NCBI GenBank assembly: GCA_964016885.1
Contig: OZ024743.1
Coordinates: forward strand, 375,410,001 to 375,474,000
DNA from: Eledone cirrhosa
Taxonomy: Eukaryota
Length of the DNA stretch: 64,000 nucleotides
Reading direction: 5' to 3'
Of the stretch, positions 42,801 to 57,227 are shown piece by piece; position 1 is the stretch's first letter; each line of letters opens with the position of its first letter. A program made the position numbers and the translations under genes. The notes below the pieces were generated by a model, which made no database searches, was not told the DNA's origin, and was given only the letters and a program-made list of their open reading frames with translations.

Positions 42801-44282
42801 TTTTGTTGCTTTTCCTTGAAAACTCCTTTCCTTTTACGTTGCTATCCTTTCAGATGAATGACTAACGTCCGAAAAGTTTAGATATTTTTATTCTTTTATT
42901 TGCAGCGTTATACTAGTATACTGTTTTTGTAATGTGTTGGTCTTTGGTGCTTTTCATTGATTTTTATTGATTTATATATGTGTGTACGTGAGGAGAAAGA
43001 TAAGAGGGGTAAATATAATAATGTACTCCATATATTTTGCAGATAACACCCAAGAGGTATAAACTAAGGAGAAGAAGCACAACAAACCACATCAAAAAGA
43101 GTAACAAAAAGTTGAAATAAACAACAACAAAAAACACGCGTAGATCAAAAATAAAGATTTTTAAAACGACAAAGAAACTCTCCCATATAAAATACTCCTC
43201 AACATTGGATAACTACCCAGGCTTTAATGCGGAGCTTAAATGCAAAAATGGAATCACGCAAAGCGCAAGCGGAGGGAGCTGTTTACATTTAGAGGTGTTC
43301 ATTCGGCATTCTGGTGAGTAGATATATATATTTTCAATATTTGCTCAATATTGAGTTTGTGTTTGGTCGCGGTGCGCAGCCTCAACACCGTCACGCCCTA
43401 GGCCCAAACCCCATGATCCTTCCCCCCCCCCCTCTTTTCTCTGTGGCTCTAGAGTCCATACTTTTCCCCTTCTTTTCCTCTCATTTATAGATTTCATAGT
43501 CTTTTCCTCTACTTTTCCACACAGCCAGATCTGCCCCTCCCTTAGCCCTTCCCAATTTTCTCATTACTTAATTTTGCCTTTATCCTTCTTTCTCATATTT
43601 ATTTCTTTTCAAAATAAACCTCCTTTTTCTCAAAAGAAAAATACATTTAATTATTGCGAAAATATGTTGAAAATGCATTTTCTATTCTTTAAAAAATGCT
43701 TCAATAGATTGGTGGATGAATGGACGAATCTATTTATATTATGTGTACCATCTCTGTCCGTCTGTCCCACACGAACCCTGGCGATTTAATGAAAGAGTTT
43801 TTGTTGCTGTTGCTGCTGTATTCATTTATACCAGAAATCAGTGCTTTGCCTGGCAACTGTTTTTTCAGTCTATCTGCTTTTGCCTGTCCATCTCATTGCA
43901 TATATATATATATATATATTTATATCATTCTTCCTTCTGGTGAAGGACGAGCGTCTGTTTACCTTTTGCAGATATATATATATGCAGTACTTATAACGCT
44001 ATTAGGACTCAACTCAATGTATTGTATATATGAATATTGCATCGAAGCTAAGCGAAATGATTTGTTTCAGTGGAAAAGTGGTATCTTATTACATGCCAGT
44101 CAGAGTCAGAAATATGAGCTTGAAACATGACAAAAAAAAAAGACGAGGTCTAATCGCTTAATTAATCCATTGTTTTGCGGTCGTTTCCATGGGAAAAATT
44201 AACCGAAAATATTATTGATATATTGACTAATGGAATTGATTAAATAAACACTCAAACTCGTCTTATTTGATTTTATTGTTCA

Positions 44283-44495
<213 letters not shown>

Positions 44496-44516
44496 CTTAT
44501 TTGATTTTATTGTTGA

Positions 44517-44562
<46 letters not shown>

Positions 44563-44657
44563 AGGATTTTTCATTCTGAGGATTGAAAGAAAAACCTTTT
44601 GCTTTTAAGAAACCACTGGTAAATGGAATAATTGCCTTATGTTGTTTATTACATAAT

Positions 44658-44722
<65 letters not shown>

Positions 44723-44989
44723 CACACGCACAAATATACAATACATAAACAGAGAAAGCCTTAATCGATACTCCGACCAACTCCATCTCACTCAACAAAC
44801 ATTAGGATATACCTAAGTATTATCCCAATTTAGTGTTTGGGGTGCTAACTAATCAGTATTTCGTGGATAGCTGGTTGTATTATTCTATATGAGACATTAT
44901 TAAATAAATATCTCTTTCCTTCCAGACGGCCGTTTCGTTATAAGATTTCTACAATTTGAGATAAATAATTTCCAGGTTATGTAGAAACT

Positions 44990-45486
44990 TGTAGCGACGT
45001 GGTTAGTCCGTCTAGTCACTACTTCTGATCAGATCCGAGAATAGCCCTTAGAAGGACTGTTATCGCATACGGTCTGATCAGATCTGAAGATAGCCCTTAA
45101 AAGGACTGTTGTCGCATATAGCCCTTAAAAGAACTGTTGAGGATGGACAGACGAAAGCACAAGTTGAAAGGACGAAGCAAGGCGAGAAGTAAATTCGATC
45201 AGCTATTTATTTTCACATGAAGCGACGATACGAGGTACAAGGCGTGTGAGTGACAAAGCGTGGCAGAGGCGAGGAACAACGATGCGTTAGCTGACTCTGC
45301 CAAAAGTCGACTAGCGAAGTGTTGGGAACCACTCTATTTATACAGAAACAATCGTTTGATGTTTAGCCGATTTGTAAGCGTTTATTCTGGTAGGTTTTAA
45401 GGGTTCTTTTGTTTCACGTTGAAGTAGCTAGCTAACAGGTAGATGGCGCTGTATATTTCACAGATGTTATTTCCGGTGGCTGTACA
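44990..45486 (-). repeat. 3' LTR (497 bp)
   Basis: Matches the 5' LTR except for a 49-bp extra internal repeat unit and 2 substitutions seen by eye. Confidence 0.95.
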
Positions 45487-46420
45487 TTAGCACCCTGCCA
45501 GTTCTTTTGTACAACAAAAGAGCGAAATATCGTATAGTAATGGGCCAGTGGTGCATTTGTCATGACAATAGCCCCAGGAGTGTCCAGCACGTTGTGAAAT
45601 TTTGTGATCATCGAGTACAGGACAGAGTCGATGTAGAGATGATATGGCAAGATGTGTGTGTCAGGAAGAGAAAAAAAGAAATAAACTATAAAATGACTTT
45701 GACCAGATTTATGCAGGCGTGATGAATGAGCCTGTTGCAATTTCGGTTGAGCTGCCTGTGAATTGCGTGACAAAAAGTCTAAGTGGGCAGTGAAGATAAC
45801 CGTAATGTGTGAACTGAATGGCCGTAAGCATGCTGCCTAAAAGTAACAGCTTGCTCCACAGCATATGACTTGGGCGAATGCATGTGGTAAAAAAAATAGC
45901 GAGGCATTCTCGAGCTATTGAGTGAATGTGTACGTGAAAAAAGAAGGCCAGTGTTTTGAGGATGCGATTTGTGAAATGCGTGATCAAAGAGAAAACATTT
46001 TGTAGTGTAAGAGTTAGAGGGACACAAATATCTATTGCTCAGTGTATGAACTAAAAGGTGAAACAAACGTGGTTTTGTAGTGTGCATGAAAAACAGGATA
46101 TGTACACGCCTTGTATGTATATAAAAGTTATGGCAATTACACAATCAATGTTACAGAACAAGAAAAATAAAAAAAATTGCAAAACAAGAGAGAGAAGAAA
46201 AAAAAATGTTATACACAATGATATACACAATGTTTGTTCTTAAATAGTGTTTGTAATAAATAACGTTCATTATAAATAATGTTCTTCGTGACATGAGCAC
46301 ATGGTCACTAAAAGTTGCAATGTTCAAGCAGAAAGTTCATTGTATTTGAAACTGGAAATAGTAAACACAAGAAAAATGGAAATGTTTTGCACGAAGAATG
46401 ATTAAGAAACTCACTTGAGG

Positions 46421-49400
46421 TTAACGGTAATTCACATATTGTGCCAAATTTGCGGACCAATGGACGCGTCGTCCGCTTCTCGTGACTGGAGATGAAACAG
46501 GTGGCTCGCTGGGACAGCAATCTGTTGGAGTTTCTGGTGTAGAGACTGTAACTGTATCCATGGTGGCTTTTTTTAATCTGTCCACGCTGACAGAATTCTG
46601 TTTACCATATAGATCGAGAATAAAATATTTCGGATATTTTTTTAGAACACGATAAGGGCCAGAATATGGAGGTCGAAGATGAGCTGAGATGGTGTCGTTT
46701 CGAACGAAAACGTGTGTCCAAACATCAATGTCTGAAGGTACATGTGTGGCCGTGTTCTGTTGACGGGTGTTTGCAGGAGCAAGGTGAGACATATATTGTC
46801 GAAGACGGTGTACGTATGATCCTGGGTCTGGAACATCCTGAGGAGAGATGGGAGCAACCATCTGACCAGGTAGAACCAGGGTGGTGCCGTACACTAATTC
46901 TGCAGGTGTGTGTCCGAATTCCTCCTTAACGGTGGATCGAACCAGTGGGTCTTGTCTGGATATGCTTTTATTGCAGCTTTCAATTGACGAAGGAATCTTT
47001 CCACGAGACCATTAGCTTGCGGGTGATAAGCTGTCGTGCGGATGTGTTTACATCCTAACAGGCGAGTCAGTTCCCTGAGAGGTGGGAGTCAAACTGGCGT
47101 CCTCTGTCCGTTGTTATCTTCGCTGGGGCGCCATAACGTGATATCCAGTGTAAAACCAAAGTTTTAGCGACTGTTTCCGCTGAGGTATCATTTATGGGAA
47201 AAGCCTCAGGCCAACGAGAAAATCGATCAATGCAGGTGAGCAAGTGTGTGTAGTTCTGTGATGGTGGTAGAGGTCCGACGATGTCGATATGCACATGATG
47301 AAAACGTGCATCAGGTTGCGCGAATGTGCCGAGTGGAGTTTTGATGTGTCTGTGGACTTTGGCTTTCTGGCAGGCAATGCAGCTCCTGGACCAGTCGCGC
47401 ACGTCCTTGTTAATGTTTGTCCACACAAAACGAGCAGAGATGAGTTTCTGTGTAGCCCGGATTCCCGGGTGAGACAAGCAGTGTAAAGCAGAAAAAACTT
47501 GTCGACGATGCATCTGTAGTACGTACGGTCGTTCATGACCGGTAGAAATGTCGCACCAAATTTGTCCCGGAGAAGAAGGAATGGGAACTTGCTGAAACTT
47601 GAGGGATGGCGAATCTCGGAGTTTGATAAACTCTTCGTCAGTCTCTTGGTCAGCTGCGATCTGTTGAAGGTCGATGCCTGAATGCACATGTATTGCGTTC
47701 AGCTGGATTCGGGACAGGGCGTCGGCTGCTACGTTGTCTGATCCCTTGATATGCCGAATATCAGTTGAATATTGGGAGACAAAATCCAGGTGTCGGAGTT
47801 CTTTCGGTGAATGTCGATCAGGTTTGGTACGGAACGCATAAATTAATGGTTTATGGTCCGTGTAGATCACCAAATCTGATCCTTCGAGCATGTGCCGAAA
47901 ATGCTTAACCGAAAGATAGGTTGCCAAGAGTTCGCGGCCAAAGGTACTGTATTTCGTTTCTGCCGGTTGCAACCGCTTAGAAAAGAAGGATAAGGGTTGC
48001 CACACGCCGTCGACATGTTGTTGTAGAACGCCTCCAACCCCCGTGTCTGATGCGTCCACTAGCACTGAAAGAGGAGCGCCAGACCTGGGGAAAACGAGCA
48101 TGGAAGCGTTTGCCAACATTTCCTTCAGGCGGTTAAAAGATTATTCTTCCTCGTTTAGAGTGATCTCTTCGTTTTTGCGAGTCCGGTTACGAAGAAGGTC
48201 CGTGAGGAGTCTGGCTGCGTCGGAAAAATGCGGGATGAACCGCCTATAAAAATTCACCAGACCGAGGAATTCACGCAGTTTCCGAAGTGATGTAGGTGCA
48301 GGAAAACTGCGGATAGCTTCTACTTTCTCGGGAAGTGGGCGAATGCCGTCTTTATCGATGATGTGCCCGAGAAAGGACAGTGAAAGGACGCTGAGAAGGC
48401 ACTTGCTGGGTTGATGATGATACCGTACTCAGTCAAACGTCGGAAAAGGAGATCTAAGTGCTTCTCGTGTTCATTCTCGGAAGCACTTGCTACCCGTACG
48501 TCGTCAATATACGCGTATATGAAGGGTAGATCGCGTAACACGGTGTCGATAAACCGCTGAAAAGTTTGTGCAGCGTTGCGCAGACCGAACGGCATTCGCA
48601 GGAATTCGAATAAACCGAACGGTGTTGTGATTGCCGTTTTCGGAATATCTGCAGGCTCCATAGGTATCTGGTTATATGCACGCACCAAATCTACCTTGGA
48701 AAAGATACGTGCGCCTTGCAGAGAGGCAGAAAAATCGTGCAGGTGAGATACAGGGTAATTATCGGGCACTGTAGAATTGTTAAGTGCACGATAATCCCCA
48801 CATGGTCGCCAATCATTCTCGGCTTTTTGGGAACAAGGTGTAGGGGTGCAGACCAGTTGCTGGAGGAAGGGCGAATGATTCCGAGGTCCAGCATGTGTTG
48901 GAACTCATGCTTGGCGATTCTCAATCGGTCTGGAGGCAGTCTCCTTGGTCGGGCAGCTGTGGGTGGTCCCTTTGTCTCGATGTGGTGCGTGACACTATGC
49001 TTAATAGGACCATCCTTAAATACCGGGCGAGTGATGTCTGGATATTTCTGGAGAATGCCGTTGTACCGTGAAGGCTCTGACGGGTAAATTACAGGGCTCA
49101 CTGTGGATTGCGTGGTAAATATACCTCTCACAGTGAGGTTTGTGGTGGTGTCGATAAGCCTCCGGTTCTTCATATCCACCAGAAGGTTGAAGTGGTGGAG
49201 AAAATCGGCTCCTAGGATCGGTGTTGGCAGGTCTGCCACGACGAACACCCATTGAAAACGCCGCCTCAGGCCTAAATTGAGGATCAGAGACTTCTCCCCG
49301 AAAGTCGGAATTGACGATTGGTTCACTGCCTGCAGAAAGGACGGGGTTGGGTGTCTTTTGCCCGAGATTAGTGAAACAGGAATAACACTAACCTGGGCTC

Positions 49401-49779
49401 CTGTATCCACGAGGTAACGGATGCCTGTCGCCTGGTCGTTAATAAAAAAAAATAGACGACTTTTCTTTTCAGTACCAGGGGTGAACGTCGTCGCTAGGCC
49501 CTGGGTGGCATTCCGGAAAGAGCACGGGGCTTTGCACTTAGATGCCTGTGCGCCGAAATTTGTGTGATACCAGCAGAGGTTGCCAGGCACACGATTTTGA
49601 CTGGGACTACTGGATCTTCGACTGTGAAAAGGCCTGGATCGACTGTTGCTGCGTCGCCGGTGTGTTTGAAAGGTCAAGTTCTCTACTTGATTCGAAAGGG
49701 CTTTAATTTGACCAGCCCGCTCTCTGATCATAGCCCGCAGCTCTGAAATCTCGGCCTCTGTCGTTTGTGACATGTCCAT
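46421..49779 (-). pseudogene. Gypsy gag(C-terminal)-pol remnant split by frameshifts
   Basis: CWYHTNFG..ASKC..PC knuckle; protease LVDTGA; [10 protein letters not shown] and YIDD; RNase [20 protein letters not shown]; integrase H...HPG...CxxC, DIVGPLP, TDRGRQF, PYSGPY. Confidence 0.95.
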
Positions 49780-49804
49780 GTTAATATTTTCTTAGGTGCT
49801 GTCT

Positions 49805-49818
49805 CGTTGTGGTCGCCA
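49805..49818 (-). promoter_or_regulatory. Primer-binding site TGGCGACCACAACG
   Basis: Begins with TGG 2 nt inside the 5' LTR boundary. Resembles a tRNA-Arg 3'-end complement, but the tRNA identity is inferred. Confidence 0.75.
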
Positions 49819-49820
49819 AT

Positions 49821-50268
49821 TGTAGCGACGTGGTTAGTCCGTCTAGTCACTACTTCTGATCAGATCCGAGAATAGCCCTTAGAAGGACTGTTGTCGCATA
49901 TAGCCCTTAAAAGAACTGTTGAGGATGGACAGACGAAAGCACAAGTTGAAAGGACGAAGCAAGGCGAGAAGTAAATTCGATCAGCTATTTATTTTCACAT
50001 GAAGCGACGATACGAGGTACAAGGCGTGTGAGTGACAAAGCGTGGCAGAGGAGAGGAACAACGATGCGTTAGCTGACTCTGCCAAAAGTCGACTAGCGAA
50101 GTGTTGGGAACCACTCTATTTATACAGAAACAATCGTTTGATGTTTAGCCGATTTGTAGGCGTTTATTCTGGTAGGTTTTAAGGGTTCTTTTGTTTCACG
50201 TTGAAGTAGCTAGCTAACAGGTAGATGGCGCTGTATATTTCACAGATGTTATTTCCGGTGGCTGTACA
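49821..50268 (-). repeat. 5' LTR (448 bp)
   Basis: TG...CA termini, adjacent PBS. Confidence 0.95.
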
Positions 50269-50650
50269 AACTTGTATATAATCCATGGTTTTATACACAA
50301 GCGGGCTCTTATAAACTCATCAGTGGATGCCCAAGTAATATCGATATAAGAATTATATCAACATTAATAGATTGGTGATGGTCTCCCTCAGCGCTAAGAA
50401 GAGACTGGTAGTTTAGAAAATCCAGCAGTCCTCCCAAAGATAAAATACACGCTGGTCATTTAAACCTGTTAGGTATTAACCACGTGTTTAAGAACTCATA
50501 TTAAAAGAATAACCATATGTATACACAACCAATGCACACACAGGGATATTAAAACATAATAAATACATGTATGGATCACCCATATACACACATAGCCATT
50601 CTCTAAGGCTAAATCAGACATGGGATACAAGGAAGATATATATATAATAT

Positions 50651-50686
<36 letters not shown>

Positions 50687-50731
50687 GTGACGAAACATAA
50701 GTCAAGTGCATGAACTCATAATCCTTTATTT

Positions 50732-50787
50732 ACTGCTATATATATTTCGATGATAGCCATCGAATGGCTATGACCCCATCAGGTAGT
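50732..50787 (-). ncRNA. Type-I HHR-like motif (A9G variant)
   Basis: ACUAC-CUGAUGG-GGUcAUAGCCAU-ucg-AUGGCUAUcAUC-GAAA-UAUAUA-UA-GCAGU. Confidence 0.55.
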
Positions 50788-51322
50788 TAGTCAGTTCTTA
50801 GATATGCCAGCTCTGTGTTTATAGTGTTGATGGTATCAGAGCCTTGGGACATATATATATATATACCACGAAACAAAACACATGATGGAGTAGATGTTTA
50901 AGACGAGATGTAATCCTAGATGTGTATGTACGTGTGTGTGTATACATTTCTTTATGTACGCGTGTTCGTTTACATCCCTATTAGAAAAAACTGCGTTTTG
51001 AAAGTAACTTTTTAAGTGTCTATTTAATCCACTAATAGATTATTTCTCCCCACATAAACTGCATGTTATGCTGCCTATGGTCATGAACTTAATGTATCTT
51101 TATCTGGCCATATACATTCGTGACTAATCAGGCCAGCCTTCAAAATATACAGCCACAAAAATCGGAGGTCAAGTTGAGCCCATCAACTTCACAATAGGGC
51201 GTTTACCTACAGATCGTTTAAATGTTTAAATACTGCGTAATAGATTCGTATGTCTACATTTTCCAAATTAGTGAAGATTAACATCATTATCTGAATAATG
51301 ATGTTCATAATGACTATGCATG

Positions 51323-51377
<55 letters not shown>

Positions 51378-51407
51378 GTATATATATATATGTATATATA
51401 TATATAC

Positions 51408-51450
<43 letters not shown>

Positions 51451-51505
51451 TAAGTGAATTGCCAGAGTCGTTAGAACTCTGATAAGAGCGTTCAAGAAAC
51501 TTTAC

Positions 51506-51614
<109 letters not shown>

Positions 51615-52065
51615 TGTGTGCTTGTGTGTATTTGGTTCGCAGGTTTGGTTAAGTTTCAAGTTTTCAATATGTTGAGTTAATATTGTAACATATGCAAGGA
51701 TTATATAAGAAAACAAGACACAGACCTCTATTTTATGTCTATTACGTTTTATATATACATAATTTACTTAGGTACCATCTAGTTCAAGCTTTGTTTTATT
51801 GATATATATCGGGATGTTAAAACCCTATGAGAGTTTCTAAACGATATCTCAGCCAAAATCATACGCTTCGGCAATAACGTTCAGACACGTTGAATCACCG
51901 GTAAAAACTATAAAATAAATGTCCATTCATCACTTAACGTTTCAAACATTTTTATCTGCTATAAATATTTAATTATTGAAGAATTTTATGGCCCCTCTTT
52001 GAGAGACGGATAATGCCCGCCCATCGCTACAGCGAGTAAATTGTCTGTTTAATTTGTCTAGTATT

Positions 52066-52138
<73 letters not shown>

Positions 52139-52354
52139 GTTGTAGTTTGCTAGAAGCATTGTGTGTGGTATATATATATATTTAAAGTCTGAAAGCCACG
52201 AAAATGTGAAATGGACGAACAAGAAAATAAGACGAAGCAAGATGTTATGTGTTACCTTGTTTATTTATCTGTCCTGATAGTTCGAGATAAAATCTCTTCT
52301 TCGGAGGGAAATAGCAAGGAATTAGTCTGGGTTCGGTGAACGCGTTATACCATG

Positions 52355-52427
<73 letters not shown>

Positions 52428-52496
52428 GTGTGTGTATGTATGTATGTATGTATGTATGTATGTATGTATGTATGTATGTATGTATGTATGTATGAA

Positions 52497-52860
52497 GGAA
52501 AACTCTGATATAACACCTGCAACTCTGATGGTATCCAATGATGTTGACTTGTTCTTCTTTTTGGTAAATATCATCTTGGTTAAGAGAGTGGGACTGGCTT
52601 TGTGCAGTGCCTTTGCTCACTATAAAAGCTTCACGGCACAGGCATTGCTTTATATCTGGAGATCTCTCTGCACTTGTCGTCACATGGTACCATGGGCCCA
52701 ACACTATGTGTCAATAATTGTCACAAGTGTAGTGTTTGTGCCAGAGTTTTCAAGTCGCTGGCTGGACTAAAAAGTCACACTCGTTCAGCGCATCGGTAGG
52801 GGTTCTCCTACATGGGTATAAAGTAGTGGCCGTACTCGAAAAGGAGTTGACAGCCACCAT
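52497..52860 (-). mobile_element. Repeat A, 5' portion
   Basis: Reverse complement of 18441-18805; flanked by (TATG)n and (TA)n. Confidence 0.8.
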
Positions 52861-52902
52861 GTATGTATATATATCTACATATATATATATATACATATTA
52901 TA

Positions 52903-52977
<75 letters not shown>

Positions 52978-52981
52978 TATA

Positions 52982-53089
<108 letters not shown>

Positions 53090-53570
53090 AATATATATAT
53101 ATACATATATATATTTGGGTAAGGTCATATTTGTGTAATAATATTGCCAGAATTAATAACAGAACACACTCACTGTTTGGTTGGTTTTCGCTTCTGTGTC
53201 TTTTATATCGGTTAATTTAATTTATTCGGTCCTCAATGTTACCATTGACTGACCAACGGTCAAACATACAGATATAATATAGACACAAACACATATATAT
53301 AGTCTAACAAAGTTCTTTTGTTGCACGTCTGCAACATCGTCAGTGGTGCTATTATGTTTCCTCCTGTTGTATTGTATGCCTACGCCATCTTTATTTAGTC
53401 TATTTTTTTTTTTGTCTTCTCTCCGCATGCGTTTGCGTGTGTGTATAGTGTTTGATGTGTGTTCGTGTTTGGGTGACTGTGTATTGGTTATTGTATTATA
53501 TCTTAGTTTACTAGTGTGTGTTTATATGTGTTTGTTGTTATTGTGCTTGTGTATGTATTTATTTATTTAT

Positions 53571-54785
53571 TTATACTGCTCTTAGGTCAGTATTGTTTGT
53601 TTGGGTGTTGTTATTCCATTCATTTTTTCTGTTTAGCCTTGGCCTTCTAAGTTCTATTTCGCTGGCCTCTCTGATTTGCCTATCTGCTGGGTCATTTCTA
53701 TGTTTAGATATAATTTCTATGTTGTCTATGTTAACGTCGTGTTGTTGTCTGGCATGTTCGTATAGTACTGAACCGTTTTTTCGTCCTTTTAGTTCCCCCC
53801 AGTGTTGGTCTATCCTTTCACCTATGCTACGAGCTGTCTCACCTATGTATGTTGTTGTCATGTTTCTGCAAGTACCCTCTATGTTTCTAGTTTTACAGTT
53901 TATCCGGGGGTTTACTTTACATATAATACATTTCCTATTAGTACAATGGGTTTTGTTAAAAGGGTAGGTTTTTCTGATCAGGGATTTTATGGTGGTTCCT
54001 GGCATTTCTACCACCTTAATCTTTAAGCGGATCTTTCTCGTTGCCTTTCTACACTGGTTCGCTAATTTCCCTCCAGGTGTAGCGTCCACAAACATGACAC
54101 TCTGGTATCTCTGGTTGTCGTATCATGAGATGGCTTTCCCTATCTTATGTCTAGTCCTATCTAAGCTATTCCATAATTTGCTCCTGTATAATAGGCAAAT
54201 TCCTTTCATGTCCAGTTCTATGAGGGTCTTTTACTTCTTCGTGGCTCCTTCGTATACTCTGATTCTGTCTCTTTCATTGTAGCCAGAGAACTGCATGCGG
54301 ATGATGAAGTGTTGGATGTGTCTTTCCATTTCTGTTGGGTCGCACATGCGGGACACGTTCTTCATCACTCGTACCAAGTCTGCGATCAGAATATTAAACT
54401 TAGCACTACTGGACATTGCTGAGTTTTTTAGTATCAGGTATTTGGAGGCCATGGGTTTAGCGTAGTGTGAGTGGAGAATTTGGGCTCTCTCGTCTATAGT
54501 GTTAATCCAGAGTTCCGTGTCTAATACAGGTAGTCTATTGTTAGGGTGTTTGGAAGGGTAGTCGATAGTTACAGTTATACTCTGGTGTATGGAATTAGCT
54601 ATCTGCTGGATGCTTTCCATTGTGCTACGTTCTAAATCAAACTTGTTAGTACTCACTTGTGGGGATGTCCTTATTAGTATATTGATGTCGTCTACGTAAC
54701 GAGAGTACATGATGAGGTCTATGGAGCTCTCATCAAGGAGATCTTTGAGTCTCCTTTCCCACCTTTCAATAACAAAAACACCCAA
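53571..54785 (-). pseudogene. PLE RT C-terminal part + GIY-YIG (frameshifted)
   Basis: YSRYVDD, LPVLDTEL, HYAKP; TYIGETARSIGERIDQH, RQIREASEI..P.LN. Confidence 0.9.
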
Positions 54786-55244
54786 ACAAACAATACTGAC
54801 CTAAGAGAAGTATAAATAAATAAATAAATACATACAGAAGCACAATAACAACAAACACATATAAACACACACTAGTAAACTAAGATAGAATACAATAACC
54901 AATACACAGTCACCCAAACACTATACACACGCAAACGCATGCGCAGAGAAGACAAAATAAATAAATAAATAAACAGACTAAATAAAGATGGTGTAGGCAT
55001 ACAATACAACAGGAGGAAACATAATAGTACCACTGACAATGTTGCAGATGTGCAACGAAAGAACTTTGTTAGACTATATATATGTGTTTGTGTCTATATT
55101 ATATCTGTATGTTTGACTGTTGGTCAGTCAATGGTAACATTGAGGACCGACTAAATTAAATTAACCGATATAAAAGACACAGAAGCGAAAACCAACCAAA
55201 CAGTGAGTGTGTTCTGTTATTAATTCTAGCAATATTACACAAAT

Positions 55245-55658
55245 ATGACCCTCCCCAAGTATAACAATATTTGTTTCGACACACGATTTCATATCAAAAA
55301 CCTCGCAAAACTAATTCATCGCCGTTATGGCATTAGCTTGTGCCAAGCTGAAAGGTTATTGAAAGACCCTGTTTTCTGTTATATAAAAACTACAATAACA
55401 ACAGAACAAATCCGCTTCTTAAAACACTGTGTTTCCTTCAAAATATACACAACAAACATATCAAAACAAGTAAATAATTTATTATTAAACAAAACACAAG
55501 CTGAACGATTAAAATACACAATAACAGTTAATATGAAAAGAACATACACAAATGTTAACGAACTTTACAGACAGAAACTCATTAACGGTAAGGAAGTTCG
55601 AAATCTCACCACACCAAACGAGAGGGATGAACTCATGAGCAATATTACACAAATATGA
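55245..55658 (+). pseudogene. Probable N-terminal 137 aa of the same PLE ORF
   Basis: Follows the inverted pseudo-LTR directly. The MTLPKY start is also present at the end of the left pseudo-LTR (53110-53128, -). IRFLKHC resembles the PLE N-terminal FLxxC motif. The start is re-duplicated at ~55638-55725. Confidence 0.6.
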
Positions 55659-55727
55659 CCCTCCCCAAGTATAACAATATTTGTTTCGACACACGATTTC
55701 ATATCAAAAACCTCGCAAAACTAATAC

Positions 55728-55758
<31 letters not shown>

Positions 55759-55876
55759 CACATATATATACATATATATACATATATATATACATGTACA
55801 TATATATATATATAAATATAGAAATATTAAAACAATGAAATTAAACACAAAACTGTTAATTCATAGTAAAACTCAT

Positions 55877-56056
55877 TGGCAGTATCGGTAGAGGGTCGGA
55901 CGCAATGCTTTCCAGCACAGCTATGTCCCTTTACGGACTGAGTTCAAATCCCGCCGAGGTTCACTTTGCCTTTCATCCTTACGGGGTCGATAAAATAAAG
56001 TACCAGTGATACACTTGGATAATTGCTGGCCTTGTGCCAAAAAGTAGAAACAATTA
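55877..56056 (+). mobile_element. tRNA-derived SINE lying between ~54-bp inverted arms
   Basis: A/B boxes; arms at ~55818-55871 and ~56071-56124. Confidence 0.85.
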
Positions 56057-56273
56057 TTTACTATGAATTATTTTACTATGAATTAACAGTTTTGTGTTTA
56101 ATTTCATTGTTTTAATATTTCTATTTTGACTCTGTATCCAATTGAATTATATCGTTGATAAAATGTTTGTATTTTAAACTTTGCTTCACGACATCTTCTA
56201 CATACGGATTACATTGAGTTCTTCATACGGTTTAGACCCTACCATTGAGTGGTAGATTTATCTGTATATATAT

Positions 56274-56320
<47 letters not shown>

Positions 56321-56321
56321 T

Positions 56322-56415
<94 letters not shown>

Positions 56416-56478
56416 GTACATATATATATATTCATATAGAATTCACCAGAATCAAAGCTATGTTCAAAACATTTATTC

Positions 56479-56524
56479 ACTTACAATTGTTTCTTCCAAA
56501 CCTACGCTTGGAATCTTCGGAGCA
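56479..56524 (-). ncRNA. HHR-like motif, homolog of 14561-14607
   Basis: UGCU-CCGAAGA-UUCCAAGC-gua-gGUUUGGAA-GAAA-CAAUUG-UA-AGUG. Confidence 0.6.
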
Positions 56525-57227
56525 ATTTTTTATGTTTGTACATACAGTTGATCTCCTACTCAACGCAAGAGACATATAGATACATATATATAAATTGATG
56601 TACAGTGTGGAGCGACATATATTATACTATACTATATTTGTAGAGTAACTCAAATTAAGACAAAATAAAAATACATGCGACAGATAACACAGATAATGCA
56701 GGAGAATAGTTCAATGATCAGATCTAGTAGATACTGTATGCGTTAGTCATACATGGAGCATGCAAATGTGTCTCATTTATATAAGAATATTGTGTGGCAA
56801 TGTATTACATGTAATACAAGCACATTAAGCGGGTAAGCAAGAGTATTATGGTGGTTGCAGTGGGGGGGGAGCATATATATTCTTATATATATATGTACAT
56901 ATATATATACATATATATATGTACATATATATATGAAAACAAATAGCGAAACGAAATTAAATTTCGTTTCGTTTGTAACTCACTTTTGTATGACTGACGC
57001 TTAAACAATTAAGTTAGAAATGTACATCCACATATGTATACTGAAATACTAGTATGCATATGAATACACACACGTGTACATATGTAGATGTACCGAGTTT
57101 TTCACTGGACACTTTACTGTGAGTGTCCAGCTATTCTGTATGTAAACACACAGACAAACCGGTTTTTAGAGTCATACTGGTTTTCGAGGAAACACCTTTC
57201 CTCTATTCTCCAGAAAGCCAGACAAGG

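Larger units (their letters stand above)
44990..50268 (-). mobile_element. Ty3/Gypsy LTR retrotransposon with two LTRs, internally deleted and frameshifted
   Basis: LTRs TGTAG...TACA at 44990-45486 and 49821-50268; 4-bp TSD AACT (44986-44989, 50269-50272); PR-RT-RH-IN domain order. Confidence 0.96.
53110..55727 (-). mobile_element. Penelope-like element with inverted pseudo-LTRs (53110-53608 and 54778-55262)
   Basis: ~490-bp inverted copies flank the RT/EN coding part; (TA)n on both sides; HHR-like cores at 53316-53343 (-) and 55033-55060 (+). Confidence 0.9.

Noticed and set aside
40982-43320. Possible host exons (GTAAG-like donor near 40985 on -, GTGAGT near 43314 on +)
   Set aside because: No matched acceptor, convincing reading frame or homology; cannot be supported without RNA data.
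45432-46420. Possible env-like gene in the Gypsy 3' region
   Set aside because: Only short ORFs in mixed frames; no signal peptide, furin site or TM pattern seen.
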